DNA of 64,000 bases from an uncultured Gemmatimonadota bacterium (GCA_951812955.1 OX638340.1:3392001-3456000); one strand, 5' to 3'; counted from the stretch's first letter, positions 26,976 through 37,449 are shown. Translations and numbers: made by a program. Notes: generated by a model not told the origin, from the sequence alone.

Positions 26976-29708
26976 TCAGCTCCTCAACCGGCGCGCGGCG
27001 GCTGCGGCTTCGTTCTCCCGCCGCCTTCTCCTTACGAATATGAATACGCCCAGGAGGAATACAGGCACGGGCGGCAACAGGGCGGCCAGGTTCTTTATGG
27101 TATTCTGAATCAATCGAATCTGGCCTTCCATCATTTCCTTGCTGGCCTGGATCCGGGCTTCCTTTTCTGCCTCGATATTGGTCTTCAGGGTTTCGAACCG
27201 ACGGTTCTCCAATTCCTCCAGGTTGCGGACCATGATCATCCGGGTCTGCTCGTCCAGGTCGGTCCGCTGGCGGACCTCGTCCACACGGGCCGTGAGCCGG
27301 CGGCGGGCCTGGTCCAGGGCCGCCTGCGCCTCCTGTTCGGCCGTGTCCTCGTCCGTGACCCGCTGCTGCGTGTACGCCAGGGTCTGCCTTTCGACCGTCT
27401 CGAGCGTCCGGTACCGTACCCGCTTGCTGCGAAGTGCGATGAAGGATTCGTCCCCGGCCAGGACGTCCATAGCGTTCAGGAAGAAGGTCACGTTGTCGAA
27501 ATTCAGTCCCGCGGCGCCCATGCGACGGATATCGAAGAACTGCTGCGACGCGAAATCCACGTCGGCCACGACGACCAGGTTGACAGGCGCGGTCATCCCG
27601 GTGTCGAGCCCGTCGACCGTGCCGGAGTCTGTCTCGTCACCGCCCGCCGCGCCGCCGGCCTCCGCGAAACCTGTTACGCGGGCCGCCATCGTGTAGGCAT
27701 GCTCGCTCGCCCGCCGGGGCACGTTGGAAAGGACCAGTTGCGAGCCCCCGAAGAAGTTGCGCTGCACGAGTTGGGAATAAACTGTAAGCCCCGATGCCAC
27801 TCCGCTCTGCACGAGGGGCTCGAAGGCGTAGCCGCCGGTCCCGGCGGGTTGCAACCGGCCCGGGAAGATGAAGACGAGTTCCTGCAGCGAGGCGGTGCTG
27901 GCCGCTTCTCCATTGAACGTGTCCGGGTTCTCGTTGCCCGGAGAGGCGAAGACCACTTCCGGCGGCAGATGAGCCATGCCCGGGTGGGGATTATAGCGGT
28001 CCCACACGATCAGCCCGGCATTCCATTCCACGCCGAATCTTCGCAGTAGGCCCTGGATATCGCCCTTGGGCGTCGGCGCAGGCTGCTGGTTGCCGGCGAA
28101 GGGATTGTTGCCCGCGCCCTTCTGCTCCGAGGGAGAAAGGGTCAGGTTGAAGGACGGCAGGGGATCCACGAGGAGCAGGGTGGGATGGCCCTCTTCGATG
28201 TAATCGGAAAGCCGGTCCATTTCTTCCTGCGCCAACGTGTTGGGCAGGGCGACCATGAGCGCGTCGAGATCGTCCGGATAGTCTTCCTGCGGCTGGACCT
28301 GCACCACGTCGTATTGCTTGCGCAGCTCCTCGGTCATGGCCCAGGGCTGCCGGCTCTGCATGGTGTTGAAATCGAATCCACCGAAGAGCCGAACGTCCGT
28401 GGTTAATATGCCGATTTTTGCGCGGTCCGCGCGGGCGACCACACGCAGGCTGCGCACCAGTTCATATTCTACGGGCAGCCCGGAATCCAGGAACCCGATG
28501 ACCCGTTCCTCCGGACCGCAGGTGACGGCTATCCCGGCGAACACATTTGTAAATCCCGAACGGGCGCTTCGAAGATCCGGCAGCTCTCGGGGCGTGATGC
28601 CGAATCGTTCCCGGGCTTCGCGGGCCTCCGGGGTATACATCTCGGTTTCCTCGATCCGCACCTGGACACGGGAGCCTCCCGCGGCGTCCAGCTCCTTGAG
28701 GACGTCCACCAGGTTAGAACGGGTCTGCACGTAGGATTCCGGCACCTCGGGGCTTACGAAGGCCTGGATGTACACGGGCCGTTCCGGGTCCAGTTCTCCC
28801 AGCATCTGCACGGTCTCGTCGGAGAGCGAATGGAGGCCTTCGGCGGTTACGTCAAGGCGTAGGCCCGCCCGGCCCAGAATGACGTTCAGTCCAATGACCG
28901 CTGCGACGAGCGCCGCCGTCCGCACGCCATGATGGATTCCCATCCGGTAGCCCCCGACCTGCGCGGGCCAGTGGCGGCGGCTGATCAGCACCACGTTCAG
29001 ATACAGCATGAGTCCCGTGACCGAAACGAAATGGACCAGGCCGGAGATACTCACGACGCCGCGCGCGAAGTCATCGAAGGCGCTGAAGAGGCCTAGAGGT
29101 GAGAGCAGGTCGCGCAGCCCCTCGCTGACACCGCTCGTTATGGAGCCTATCAGCACGAAGACTGCGCAGAACAGGGCGCCGAGGATGAAGGCGATGGTCA
29201 CGTGAGCAGTCAGCAGGGACGCCAGCATGCCGACGGAGATGAGGGCGGCTCCGGCGAACCAGTAACCCAGGTAGTTGCCCGCCATGAGCCCGAGGTCGGG
29301 ACTCCCGAGAAACATCAGAACCAGCACGTGGGTCAGCGAGAGCGCGAGCGAGGCCGTATAGACGCCCAGCACCGCGAGGTATTTGCCCAGGACGATTTCC
29401 AGGTCCGTGGCGGGCAGGGTAAGCAGCAGTTCATCCGTTCCCTGCCGTGTTTCCTCGGCCCAGACGCCCATGGTCAGCGCGGGTACGAAGAAGAGAAGCA
29501 GGTAGGGGAACACGGCGTTCAACTGATCGAGATTGGCCAGGTTGTTCAGGAAGAACTGGACCTGCCAGAACGCGGCGGCCGCGCTGAGGAAGATGAACAG
29601 GGTGACGAAGACGTATCCTGTGGGATTGCTGAAGGCCAGGCGCATGTCGCGGCGGGCGATGGCCGCAATAACCCTCCCGTTGAGTCGGCCGAGCAGTCCG
29701 ATGTTCAT
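26976..29708 (-). CDS. Fused ABC-2 permease (GldF-like) and GldG-like ABC-transporter auxiliary component
   Basis: 910 aa. Six N-terminal TM helices of an ABC-2 permease, a large extracytoplasmic GldG-like domain, and a C-terminal anchor helix. Confidence 0.7.
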   Translation of the reverse strand: MNIGLLGRLNGRVIAAIARRDMRLAFSNPTGYVFVTLFIFLSAAAAFWQVQFFLNNLANLDQLNAVFPYLLLFFVPALTMGVWAEETRQGTDELLLTLPATDLEIVLGKYLAVLGVYTASLALSLTHVLVLMFLGSPDLGLMAGNYLGYWFAGAALISVGMLASLLTAHVTIAFILGALFCAVFVLIGSITSGVSEGLRDLLSPLGLFSAFDDFARGVVSISGLVHFVSVTGLMLYLNVVLISRRHWPAQVGGYRMGIHHGVRTAALVAAVIGLNVILGRAGLRLDVTAEGLHSLSDETVQMLGELDPERPVYIQAFVSPEVPESYVQTRSNLVDVLKELDAAGGSRVQVRIEETEMYTPEAREARERFGITPRELPDLRSARSGFTNVFAGIAVTCGPEERVIGFLDSGLPVEYELVRSLRVVARADRAKIGILTTDVRLFGGFDFNTMQSRQPWAMTEELRKQYDVVQVQPQEDYPDDLDALMVALPNTLAQEEMDRLSDYIEEGHPTLLLVDPLPSFNLTLSPSEQKGAGNNPFAGNQQPAPTPKGDIQGLLRRFGVEWNAGLIVWDRYNPHPGMAHLPPEVVFASPGNENPDTFNGEAASTASLQELVFIFPGRLQPAGTGGYAFEPLVQSGVASGLTVYSQLVQRNFFGGSQLVLSNVPRRASEHAYTMAARVTGFAEAGGAAGGDETDSGTVDGLDTGMTAPVNLVVVADVDFASQQFFDIRRMGAAGLNFDNVTFFLNAMDVLAGDESFIALRSKRVRYRTLETVERQTLAYTQQRVTDEDTAEQEAQAALDQARRRLTARVDEVRQRTDLDEQTRMIMVRNLEELENRRFETLKTNIEAEKEARIQASKEMMEGQIRLIQNTIKNLAALLPPVPVFLLGVFIFVRRRRRENEAAAAARRLRS

Positions 29709-30583
29709 TCGTCCGCCTCCCCGTTCGTCGCCTTCGAGTTCGCTGCGCCCCCGTTTATTTTGTCCCCTTTTGCCGTGTCCCGGCTCGTCGCTTCCCCGTT
29801 CGCCGTGTCCTCACCTGCCAGCCCGGCGGCGGTTTCGTCAAAACGGGTCTCCTCGCCGCTGGCTTCGGACGATGCCGAACCATTCCCGGTCAATGCGTAA
29901 AAGGATTCTTCCAGCGTACCGTCCCGCTGCAGCGTGTCGGGCGTGCCGTCGAAGACCAGCCGGCCTTCGTGGATCAGCAGCACACGGTCGGCGATGGCGT
30001 CCACTTCCTGGAGGATATGGGTAGACAGGAGTACGGTCTTGGTCTGCCCGAGCAACCGGATGTCCTGCCGGAAATCCCGGATCTGGTTGGGGTCGAGGCC
30101 GGCAGTCGGCTCGTCCATGATGAGCACGTCGGGATCATGAAGCAGGGCCTGAGCCAGGCCGACCCGCTGTTTGTTGCCCCTGGACAGCTTGTCTATGGGT
30201 TTTTCGAGGGCTTGGTCCAGGCTGCACCGGTCGATGACGTAGTCCAAGCGCCTGGTCAAGAGCCCACGCTCGAGACCCCGGGCCTCGCCGAAGAACCGCA
30301 ACAGTTCCAGCGGCGTCATGTTCTGGTACAAAGGACCGTTTTCAGGGAGGTAGCCCAGGTGCCGCGACATGGCGAGACGGTCCCGCCGCACATCAAATCC
30401 GGCGATGGACGCGCTGCCGGCGCTGGCGCCCAGGTAACCGCTGAGGATCTTCATCGTCGTGGACTTGCCTGCGCCGTTTGGACCCAGGAACGCCACGATC
30501 TGACCGTCGGGTATTTTAAAGGAGATGTCTTGCACGGCGACAAAGGAACCGTAGTACTTGCATAGTCCCTTTGCTTCGATCAT
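29705..30583 (-). CDS. ABC transporter ATP-binding protein (GldA-like)
   Basis: Walker A GPNGAGKST, signature LSRGNKQRV and Walker B LIMDEP. The likely start is the Met of MIEAKGL at 30583; the track ORF extends to 30739. Confidence 0.85.
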   Translation of the reverse strand: MIEAKGLCKYYGSFVAVQDISFKIPDGQIVAFLGPNGAGKSTTMKILSGYLGASAGSASIAGFDVRRDRLAMSRHLGYLPENGPLYQNMTPLELLRFFGEARGLERGLLTRRLDYVIDRCSLDQALEKPIDKLSRGNKQRVGLAQALLHDPDVLIMDEPTAGLDPNQIRDFRQDIRLLGQTKTVLLSTHILQEVDAIADRVLLIHEGRLVFDGTPDTLQRDGTLEESFYALTGNGSASSEASGEETRFDETAAGLAGEDTANGEATSRDTAKGDKINGGAANSKATNGEADE

Positions 30584-30863
30584 TGTTCTTTCGGACACCC
30601 CGGTTCTCGCTCCTTTGCTTGCGTCATAAGCAGATGTCCGCATGCTAATCGCGTCGTTTTTTCGCGGCGTCGAATAATAACAAAGGGTCTTACGCCGTGT
30701 CAAGTCTGTAATCGCGGAACCAGCGAAATTACTTGACATAACGGCTAAAATAGCATAGTTTTATAGACTGAAATACCTTAGAGAATTCTGCTCATGTTGC
30801 ACAATCTTTGGATTGGTTCACCTGCCTTAGGGACTGGTCCATCTACCTCGTGACGAGTCCGGT

Positions 30864-31133
30864 ATGAAACTCCTTACGTTCTCCTCCATCCTGGTATTTG
30901 CCTTTCTTCTTACCAGTCCGCCGCATCATTGCCACGGACTGGATCAGGGCGCTGCAATTGCAGACCAATGCCAGGGTTGCCTTTTCGGCGGCGCATCCTC
31001 CGCGGTGCTCGAAAAGTCGCCTTCTACGCTCTCTGGGCACGAGTTTGTCGCCACCGTGGCCGACGCGCCGGAGCCTGGGCATCCCCAGGCACGGAACGCG
31101 CAGCACCGGAACCGCGCACCGCCCCTTTCCTGA
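30864..31133 (+). CDS. Hypothetical small secreted protein with HHCHG / CQGC motifs
   Basis: 89 aa. The hydrophobic N-terminus MKLLTFSSILVFAFLL is signal-peptide-like. Sits in an AT-rich intergenic island. No SD. Confidence 0.3.
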   Translation: MKLLTFSSILVFAFLLTSPPHHCHGLDQGAAIADQCQGCLFGGASSAVLEKSPSTLSGHEFVATVADAPEPGHPQARNAQHRNRAPPLS

Positions 31134-31526
31134 CCTGACACCCCGCAGGATCCGGCCGATCGCCCGACCCATAGGGCACGGCCCGCGACCACTTCAGGAC
31201 TTGCACGATTCATATCGTCCAGTCCTCTGTCCTCAACGATAGCATTAAAATAGTTCGGATGACGCCGCTGGCAAGTGGTCGAGGGTGAATTTCCTTCGAA
31301 GAAACCAGTGTTCCACCAAGCGGCTTAGACGAGTTCGGTACCAGATCCAGCGGTTCTAAATCAGGTCATCCCGGGCAGGTCACCTGTTTGAGCAGGGCGA
31401 GCCTTGACGCTCTCGTCTCCGACGGGTTGAAACCGATGTTATGAGCATGATCTTAAGAAGCAGTTCGATACACAAGGCAGATGCAGTTCAACTTACGCAA
31501 CGCAGCAAAAAGAGAGGAAGTTCGAT

Positions 31527-32165
31527 ATGTTCAGGCATCGCTGGAACGTACTGTCAATCCTTACCGCCGCGGTATTTGTCTCCGCCGCGCTGACGTTTGC
31601 ATGTGCGGACGATGAAGACACCAGTCCGACCGGTCCTTCCGAACCGAACGGACAGGATGAGGACGACCATGGACCGGGCGAAGAAGAGCTCATTACGACG
31701 CTCGAAATCACACTTACGCCCAGTGGCGGGGGAGCGCCGTACACCGTGCGGTGGCGGGACTTGGACGGCTTAGGCGGCAACCATCCGGTCGTGGACAGGA
31801 TTGAGCTAGACGCGGGTACGGTTTACAATGGCACGGTACGGGTGTTGAACGAAACCGAGAGCCCGCCGGAGAATATCACCGAGGAGGTGGAGGAGGAAGC
31901 CGAGGCCCACCAGTTCTTCTATGCCACCCTGGGCGGTTTTTCACCGGCCTCCGTTACCTACGCGGACAAGGAATCCGATTACGTAACGAACTCGGGCGCC
32001 GATCATCCAGTAGGAATCGCATTTACTCTTTCTGTACCCGAAAACGCGGCGAACGGCGAGCTTCGGGTCACGCTGAGTCACTATGATGACACACCCAAGG
32101 ATGGTGTGAACCCGAGCGACGAGACGGACATCGACGTGATTTTCCAGGTCTTTGTGCGCCCGTAG
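31527..32165 (+). CDS. Lipoprotein (lipobox LTFAC), probable partner of the downstream TonB-dependent receptor
   Basis: Signal peptide plus Cys lipobox, an acidic low-complexity linker, and a beta-rich C-terminal domain. RBS AGAGAGGAAG. Confidence 0.65.
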   Translation: MFRHRWNVLSILTAAVFVSAALTFACADDEDTSPTGPSEPNGQDEDDHGPGEEELITTLEITLTPSGGGAPYTVRWRDLDGLGGNHPVVDRIELDAGTVYNGTVRVLNETESPPENITEEVEEEAEAHQFFYATLGGFSPASVTYADKESDYVTNSGADHPVGIAFTLSVPENAANGELRVTLSHYDDTPKDGVNPSDETDIDVIFQVFVRP

Positions 32166-32216
32166 TACGATCGCAGTTGTGAACTTATCGAGGAAACGCG
32201 CGCCAGGGATATACAT

Positions 32217-34568
32217 ATGAACGTAACAAGAATCCTGTGTGCCATCCTGGCGATTGCCTTGTCCGGCATCGTTATTCTCGCAGAGGCGCGGGCCGCCACG
32301 GTGCGCGGCAAGGTGCTGGACGAGACCGGCGAGCCGTTACAGGCCGTGACCGTTGCCTTTTCCGTACTAGAAATCGGGACGTTCACAGACGAGCGTGGCG
32401 AATTCCGCCTGGAGAATGTACCGCAGGGCAGCCACACAATCGAATTTCGATTCGTCGGCTACCGGACGATCCGAAGCGAGATCCTCGTCACCGAAAACAG
32501 GGCGACCGCGCTCGAAGTAACCATGGAGCCGGAACCCCTTATCGGCGAGGAGGTCACCGTAACCGGCGACCGCGACCTGGCAGGAGAACTCACGGGTTCC
32601 AGCCAGTCCGTACTCGTACTGCCCCCTTCGGCCCTGGAAGAACGCCGCGGCCAGACGCTGGGCGAGACGCTGGAGTCCCTGCCGGGCGTGTCCAGCCTGA
32701 CCACGGGTCCCGCTGTTTCAAAGCCCGTGCTGCGCGGCGTTCACAGCGCTCGGGTGCTGGTGCTCAACGCCGGGATTACCCAGGAGGGACAGCAGTGGGG
32801 CGGGGACCACGCCCCGGAGATCGATCCCTTTTCACCGGCTCGCATCGAGGTACTCAAAGGCGCCGCCAGTGTTCAATATGGCGCCGGCGCCATCGGAGGG
32901 GTCATTCGCATCGAACCCCCGGAACTGCCCACGAGACCGGGAATCGGCGGCAGGATAAACTCGAACCTGTTTTCTAACAACAGGCAAGGCGCAGGTTCCG
33001 TGATGGTACAGGGCGCCCTGCGCCGCCTGGCGGGACTCAAGTGGCGGGTGCAGGGAAGCCTGCGGCGCGCGGGGAACGCCCGGGCGCCGGTCCACGTCAT
33101 CCGGAATTCCGGTTTCGACGAGCGGGACTATTCCGCCGCCCTGGGCCTGACGACGGACTGGATGGACACCGAAGCTTATTTCAGCCATTTCGGTACCTGG
33201 ATCGGGATATTCAAAGGCGCCCACATCGGCAATACCACGGACCTGAGAAGGACCATCGAACGGGGCGACCCGAGCATCGTGGGCTCCTTCACCTACGAAA
33301 TCGACAACCCTCGCCAGCGGGTGGATCACGACCTGCTGTCGCTTCGGTCCCTGATACGTTTAGGGAGAAAGGGCAATCTCGAGCTTCGTTACGGCCAGCA
33401 GTACAACCGGCGTGAGGAGTGGGACTCCCAGGCCCGGGGCGGCGGAGCGCCGCCGAAACCCGGCTTCTCCCAGGGCCTGCAGACCCATAGCGGGGAAATG
33501 ATCTTCCAGCACCGCAACATTGGTAACTGGTACGGCAAATTCGGCGTCAGCGGCATGCGCCAACGAAACACGCGCTTCACCACAGGGTTTCTGATTCCGG
33601 ACTTTCAGGCCTACAGTTTCGGCGTGTTTGCCCTGGAATCCTGGACTAAGGGCAGGGCCACGGTAGAGACCGGGTTGCGCTATGACTACCGGTGGATGGA
33701 GATCTACTCTAACGAGGGGCGTCGCGCCACCGAGATTGTCGAGGGGGGCATCCACACCTACAGCAACGTGACGGGGGTGCTTGGCCTGATCTACGAACTG
33801 GCCCCGACCCTGGCAATTGCCGCAAACGTCGGCCGGGCCTGGCGTCCGCCGGGGGTGAACGAGTTGTACAGCCACGGTGTCCATCACGGGACGGCACAAT
33901 TCGAGGTCGGGGACAAGGAACTGGGCACGGAAGCAAGCCTGAATACGGACCTCACCCTGCGTTACCGAGGGGAACGGGGCCGCGGCGAACTGGGGGTATT
34001 TCGTTCGCAATACAGTAATTTCATCTCGCTTTTGCCGGCAGACGACCTCGTCTTGACAATTCGGGGCGCATTCCCTAAATTCACCTACGTCCAATCCAAC
34101 GCGGTAATACAGGGATTCGACGGGTACCTCGAGTACGATCTGACGAGGTATATGGACACCTACCTGTCCGCCTCCCTCGTCCGGGGGCGGGATACGGCCG
34201 AAGACCAGCCCCTGTACCAGATGCCGTCCACCCGGTTAATCGCCGGCCTGGATTTCCATCTGCCCACTACCGGGCGACTACTGGAGGCCGGGATCGGGTT
34301 CGAAGGACGCTTCGTCATGCAGCAGAAAAGCTTTCCCGAAGGAATCGATTACGCGGACCCTCCGGCCGGCTACAGCCTCTTCGACGTACACCTGCACGCG
34401 GAATTCGCCGTAGCCGACCAACCGGTTCGCATGCAATTCGGAGTACATAACCTGTTCAATGAGCGGTACCGGGACTACCTGAGCCGTTTCAGGTACTTCA
34501 TTGACAACCCGGGCCGCAACATAACTTTCGGCTTGTCCATTCCCTTCGGACAGCCCATGGAGGAATAG
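32217..34568 (+). CDS. TonB-dependent outer-membrane receptor with N-terminal carboxypeptidase-regulatory-like domain
   Basis: Signal peptide, then a CarbopepD_reg-like segment (TVRGKVLDETGEPLQAVTV), plug and barrel motifs, and a C-terminal aromatic residue. Confidence 0.85.
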   Translation: MNVTRILCAILAIALSGIVILAEARAATVRGKVLDETGEPLQAVTVAFSVLEIGTFTDERGEFRLENVPQGSHTIEFRFVGYRTIRSEILVTENRATALEVTMEPEPLIGEEVTVTGDRDLAGELTGSSQSVLVLPPSALEERRGQTLGETLESLPGVSSLTTGPAVSKPVLRGVHSARVLVLNAGITQEGQQWGGDHAPEIDPFSPARIEVLKGAASVQYGAGAIGGVIRIEPPELPTRPGIGGRINSNLFSNNRQGAGSVMVQGALRRLAGLKWRVQGSLRRAGNARAPVHVIRNSGFDERDYSAALGLTTDWMDTEAYFSHFGTWIGIFKGAHIGNTTDLRRTIERGDPSIVGSFTYEIDNPRQRVDHDLLSLRSLIRLGRKGNLELRYGQQYNRREEWDSQARGGGAPPKPGFSQGLQTHSGEMIFQHRNIGNWYGKFGVSGMRQRNTRFTTGFLIPDFQAYSFGVFALESWTKGRATVETGLRYDYRWMEIYSNEGRRATEIVEGGIHTYSNVTGVLGLIYELAPTLAIAANVGRAWRPPGVNELYSHGVHHGTAQFEVGDKELGTEASLNTDLTLRYRGERGRGELGVFRSQYSNFISLLPADDLVLTIRGAFPKFTYVQSNAVIQGFDGYLEYDLTRYMDTYLSASLVRGRDTAEDQPLYQMPSTRLIAGLDFHLPTTGRLLEAGIGFEGRFVMQQKSFPEGIDYADPPAGYSLFDVHLHAEFAVADQPVRMQFGVHNLFNERYRDYLSRFRYFIDNPGRNITFGLSIPFGQPMEE

Positions 34569-34571
34569 TAA

Positions 34572-36878
34572 ATGTCTTGGATCTGCGCCTGCATGTATGA
34601 TTTATTCGCCTGCGTGCGCGCACCGGCTGCGCCTTGCATCAAGCGTGCGGCGACCGCGTTCTGTATGGTCGCGCTGCTGTCTATGCAGTCCGCAGGCACT
34701 GCATCGGCACAGGAGCGGGAACTCGTACCCCTTCGCATCCTGGAATCGCTGCACATGGACGGGGTGCTGGACGAGGGCATCTGGCAGAACGCCCTGGCGG
34801 CCAGCGGTTTCACCCAGCAGCGTCCCGACGAAGGGCAGCCATCGACCGAGCGGACCGAGGTGCGGGTCCTCTACGACGAGCAGACCCTGTACATCGGCGT
34901 ATGGGCCTACGACTCGGACCCTACCCAGATTATCGCCACCCAGATGGCCCGGGACGGCGATCTGGCCGACGACGACTACTTCCAGATCATCCTGGATACG
35001 TATATGGACCGGCAGAACGGCATTCTTTTTGCCACCAATCCCGACGGCGCCCGCTATGACGCCCAGGTCCGCAACGAAGGCCGGTCAGAGGGGCGCTTCA
35101 ATACCAACGTCCTGACGGACTGGAACGGCGTGTGGGACGTATACACCTCCCGGAACGAGGAGGGGTGGTACGCCGAGATGGCCATTCCCTGGAGCACGCT
35201 GCGCTTTGAAACCGGCGATGACGTCGATTTCGGCATAAACCTGGAGCGCCAGATCCGCCGCCGCAACGAACAGGCCTTCTGGGCGCCCGTCATCCGGCCT
35301 TTCAACATCTCCCAGGTGTCGGTTGCCGGGACCCTGGCGGGCATGAACCTTACGCGGCACGACCACCGCTACCTGCAGGTCACCCCCTATTCACTGGGCG
35401 GCGCCACCTGGACGTTCCAGCCCGGGACGACCGAACGGGACGACGACTTCGATGGCGGGGTGGACGTCAAGTACGGCCTGACCAACAACCTGTCGCTCGA
35501 CCTGACGTACAACACGGATTTCTCCCAGGTGGAAGTGGACGACGCGCAGGTCAACCTCACCCAGTTCAACCTGTTCTTTCCCGAAAAGCGGGCTTTTTTC
35601 CTCGAGAACGCCGGGCTGTTCCGCTTCGGCGTGGCCCGGGAGACGGAGTTGTTCTACAGCCGAAACGTCGGCCTGGTGCGCGACGCAAGCGGAACCTTGA
35701 GACAGGTGCCGATAACCGGCGGCGGCCGGCTGACGGGCAAGGCTGATCGCACGAACCTGGGCTTGCTGCTCATGCGGACGGGTGACGAGCGGTTCGGGGA
35801 CAACAAGATCGAGGACAATATTTACGCTGTGGCGCGGGTCAGCCAGGACGTGGGCGAGAAATCAAATGTCGGGTTCATTCTGACCAATCAGCGGGTCGGC
35901 GGAGGGGACTACAACCGGGCGGCCGGTGCCGATTTCAACCTGGCCATCGGACCGAAACTGGCCGTCAGCGGTTTCCTCGCCGGGACCACCTTTGAACAAG
36001 GCGAAAGCAGCGAATCGGGTTTCGCGGGACGGCTGTGGTCGCGCTGGAACGGTCCGCTGTGGCAGTTCGAGGGTCTCTACATGGGCGTGTCCGAGTTCTT
36101 CGATCCCGGTATGGGTTTTTTCAGCCGCAGGTCCCTGGCCCGGAACTTCGGCGGGTTTCACGAGGTTTCCGCCCGTGCGTTCTTTACGCCCGAGCCCACG
36201 AACAGCATCGTCCGGCGGTACTTTCCCCATATCGTGCTGTCCGCCACTTTCGGGGACGACGGCACGCAACTGACCCGGCGGGAACACTACCACTGGGAGT
36301 TGTTCTTTACCGGGGGCGAACAGGCGGGGATCACGCTGGACCGCGCATACCGTCGAATCAGCGCGGACACCCGGCCCATCCTGGGCGTCAAGTTGCCGGT
36401 GGGGAATTACACCGATGCGTCAACGCGCATGCACTACACGACGAACCTGAGCAAGCCGCTGTTCGCCGACTTTCAGCTTATCCTGGGACAATACATCAAC
36501 GGCGACCGCCGCTCGCTGAATCTCGAAGGCGGCGTGCGAACCGGGTCGAAGTTCGCGATCGGACCCCGGTACGAGCTGAACGACGTGACGCTCACCGATA
36601 CCGCCAATATGGAGCGGGAGGTCACCACCCACCTCTTCGGCGTCAGGACCAGCTATTCCTTTTCACCCGATGTATCGCTCAACGCGCTGGTGCAGTGGGA
36701 TACCAACCAGGACCGGTTCGTATCGAATTTCCGGTTCAACTACATCATCAGTCCCGGCAGCAATCTTTACGTCGTGTACAACGAGAACCGCGACAACGGG
36801 GACATGACGGACGCCCTGCTGGGCGATCCGCTGGACCGGACACTGATCGTCAAGCTGGCCTACCTGTTCGATATTTGA
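34572..36878 (+). CDS. DUF5916 / carbohydrate-binding-family-9-like domain protein (secreted)
   Basis: 768 aa. The N-terminal CBM9-like region (DGVLDEGIWQNALAASGF...YDEQTLYIGVWAYD) is typical of this family. The start may be an internal Met at 34593 or 34665. Confidence 0.65.
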   Translation: MSWICACMYDLFACVRAPAAPCIKRAATAFCMVALLSMQSAGTASAQERELVPLRILESLHMDGVLDEGIWQNALAASGFTQQRPDEGQPSTERTEVRVLYDEQTLYIGVWAYDSDPTQIIATQMARDGDLADDDYFQIILDTYMDRQNGILFATNPDGARYDAQVRNEGRSEGRFNTNVLTDWNGVWDVYTSRNEEGWYAEMAIPWSTLRFETGDDVDFGINLERQIRRRNEQAFWAPVIRPFNISQVSVAGTLAGMNLTRHDHRYLQVTPYSLGGATWTFQPGTTERDDDFDGGVDVKYGLTNNLSLDLTYNTDFSQVEVDDAQVNLTQFNLFFPEKRAFFLENAGLFRFGVARETELFYSRNVGLVRDASGTLRQVPITGGGRLTGKADRTNLGLLLMRTGDERFGDNKIEDNIYAVARVSQDVGEKSNVGFILTNQRVGGGDYNRAAGADFNLAIGPKLAVSGFLAGTTFEQGESSESGFAGRLWSRWNGPLWQFEGLYMGVSEFFDPGMGFFSRRSLARNFGGFHEVSARAFFTPEPTNSIVRRYFPHIVLSATFGDDGTQLTRREHYHWELFFTGGEQAGITLDRAYRRISADTRPILGVKLPVGNYTDASTRMHYTTNLSKPLFADFQLILGQYINGDRRSLNLEGGVRTGSKFAIGPRYELNDVTLTDTANMEREVTTHLFGVRTSYSFSPDVSLNALVQWDTNQDRFVSNFRFNYIISPGSNLYVVYNENRDNGDMTDALLGDPLDRTLIVKLAYLFDI

Positions 36879-37004
36879 TAAAGTCGCATTTAAGGCTGGA
36901 TCTTCGCGCGGCCGGGTCGCAACGTGCGGCCGGGTCGCAAACGGTGGCGCGAAAAAACCTTCCTGCAGTCCGACTCGGGACCACTACATGCTCGGGATCA
37001 CTTC

Positions 37005-37364
37005 ATGAACGTACTCGGCGGATCACTCACCGGCTGTTCGACGGACCCCCTGACCGGGTTCTACCGTGACGGAGCGTGCAATACCGGTTCGGGCGATTCC
37101 GGCGTCCACGCCGTCTGCGCGGTGATGACCGAGGAGTTCCTGGTTTTTTCCAAGGCGACCGGAAACGATCTCAGCACACCCGTGCCGGCCTTCGGCTTCC
37201 AGTGCCTCAAACCCGGTGACCGCTGGTGCGTGTGCGTGAACCGGTGGAAAGAGGCCTACGACGCGGGCGTGGCGGCGCCGGTCGTACTGAGCGCCACCCA
37301 CATCATGGCCCTGGAGTTCGTGACAATGGACGAATTGCGGGCGTGTGCCGTTGAAGAGGCCTAG
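37005..37364 (+). CDS. DUF2237-family protein
   Basis: MNVLGGSLTGCSTDPLTGFYRDGAC... matches the conserved N-terminus of DUF2237. The track ORF 36924 start is an upstream extension. Confidence 0.6.
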   Translation: MNVLGGSLTGCSTDPLTGFYRDGACNTGSGDSGVHAVCAVMTEEFLVFSKATGNDLSTPVPAFGFQCLKPGDRWCVCVNRWKEAYDAGVAAPVVLSATHIMALEFVTMDELRACAVEEA

Positions 37365-37418
37365 GAAGAAGCTAGGGAGAGGCGTAGGGAGAGGCGTAGG
37401 CTGATCTGTTTTATTTCC

Positions 37419-37449
37419 TTGATTTTACCGGACGTACTCATTAAATTTG
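37419..37449 (+). promoter_or_regulatory. Candidate Bacteroidota-type sigma-A promoter (-33 TTG, -7 TAAATTTG) upstream of rpmG
   Basis: TTG at 37419-37421, a 20-nt spacer, then TAAATTTG at 37442-37449. This matches the TTG...TAnnTTTG consensus. Confidence 0.35.

Noticed and set aside
36905-36960. GC-rich inverted element followed by an A-tract, considered as a terminator
   Set aside because: The run following it is A, not T, on the coding strand of both flanking plus-strand genes. On the minus strand the T-tract precedes the stem.
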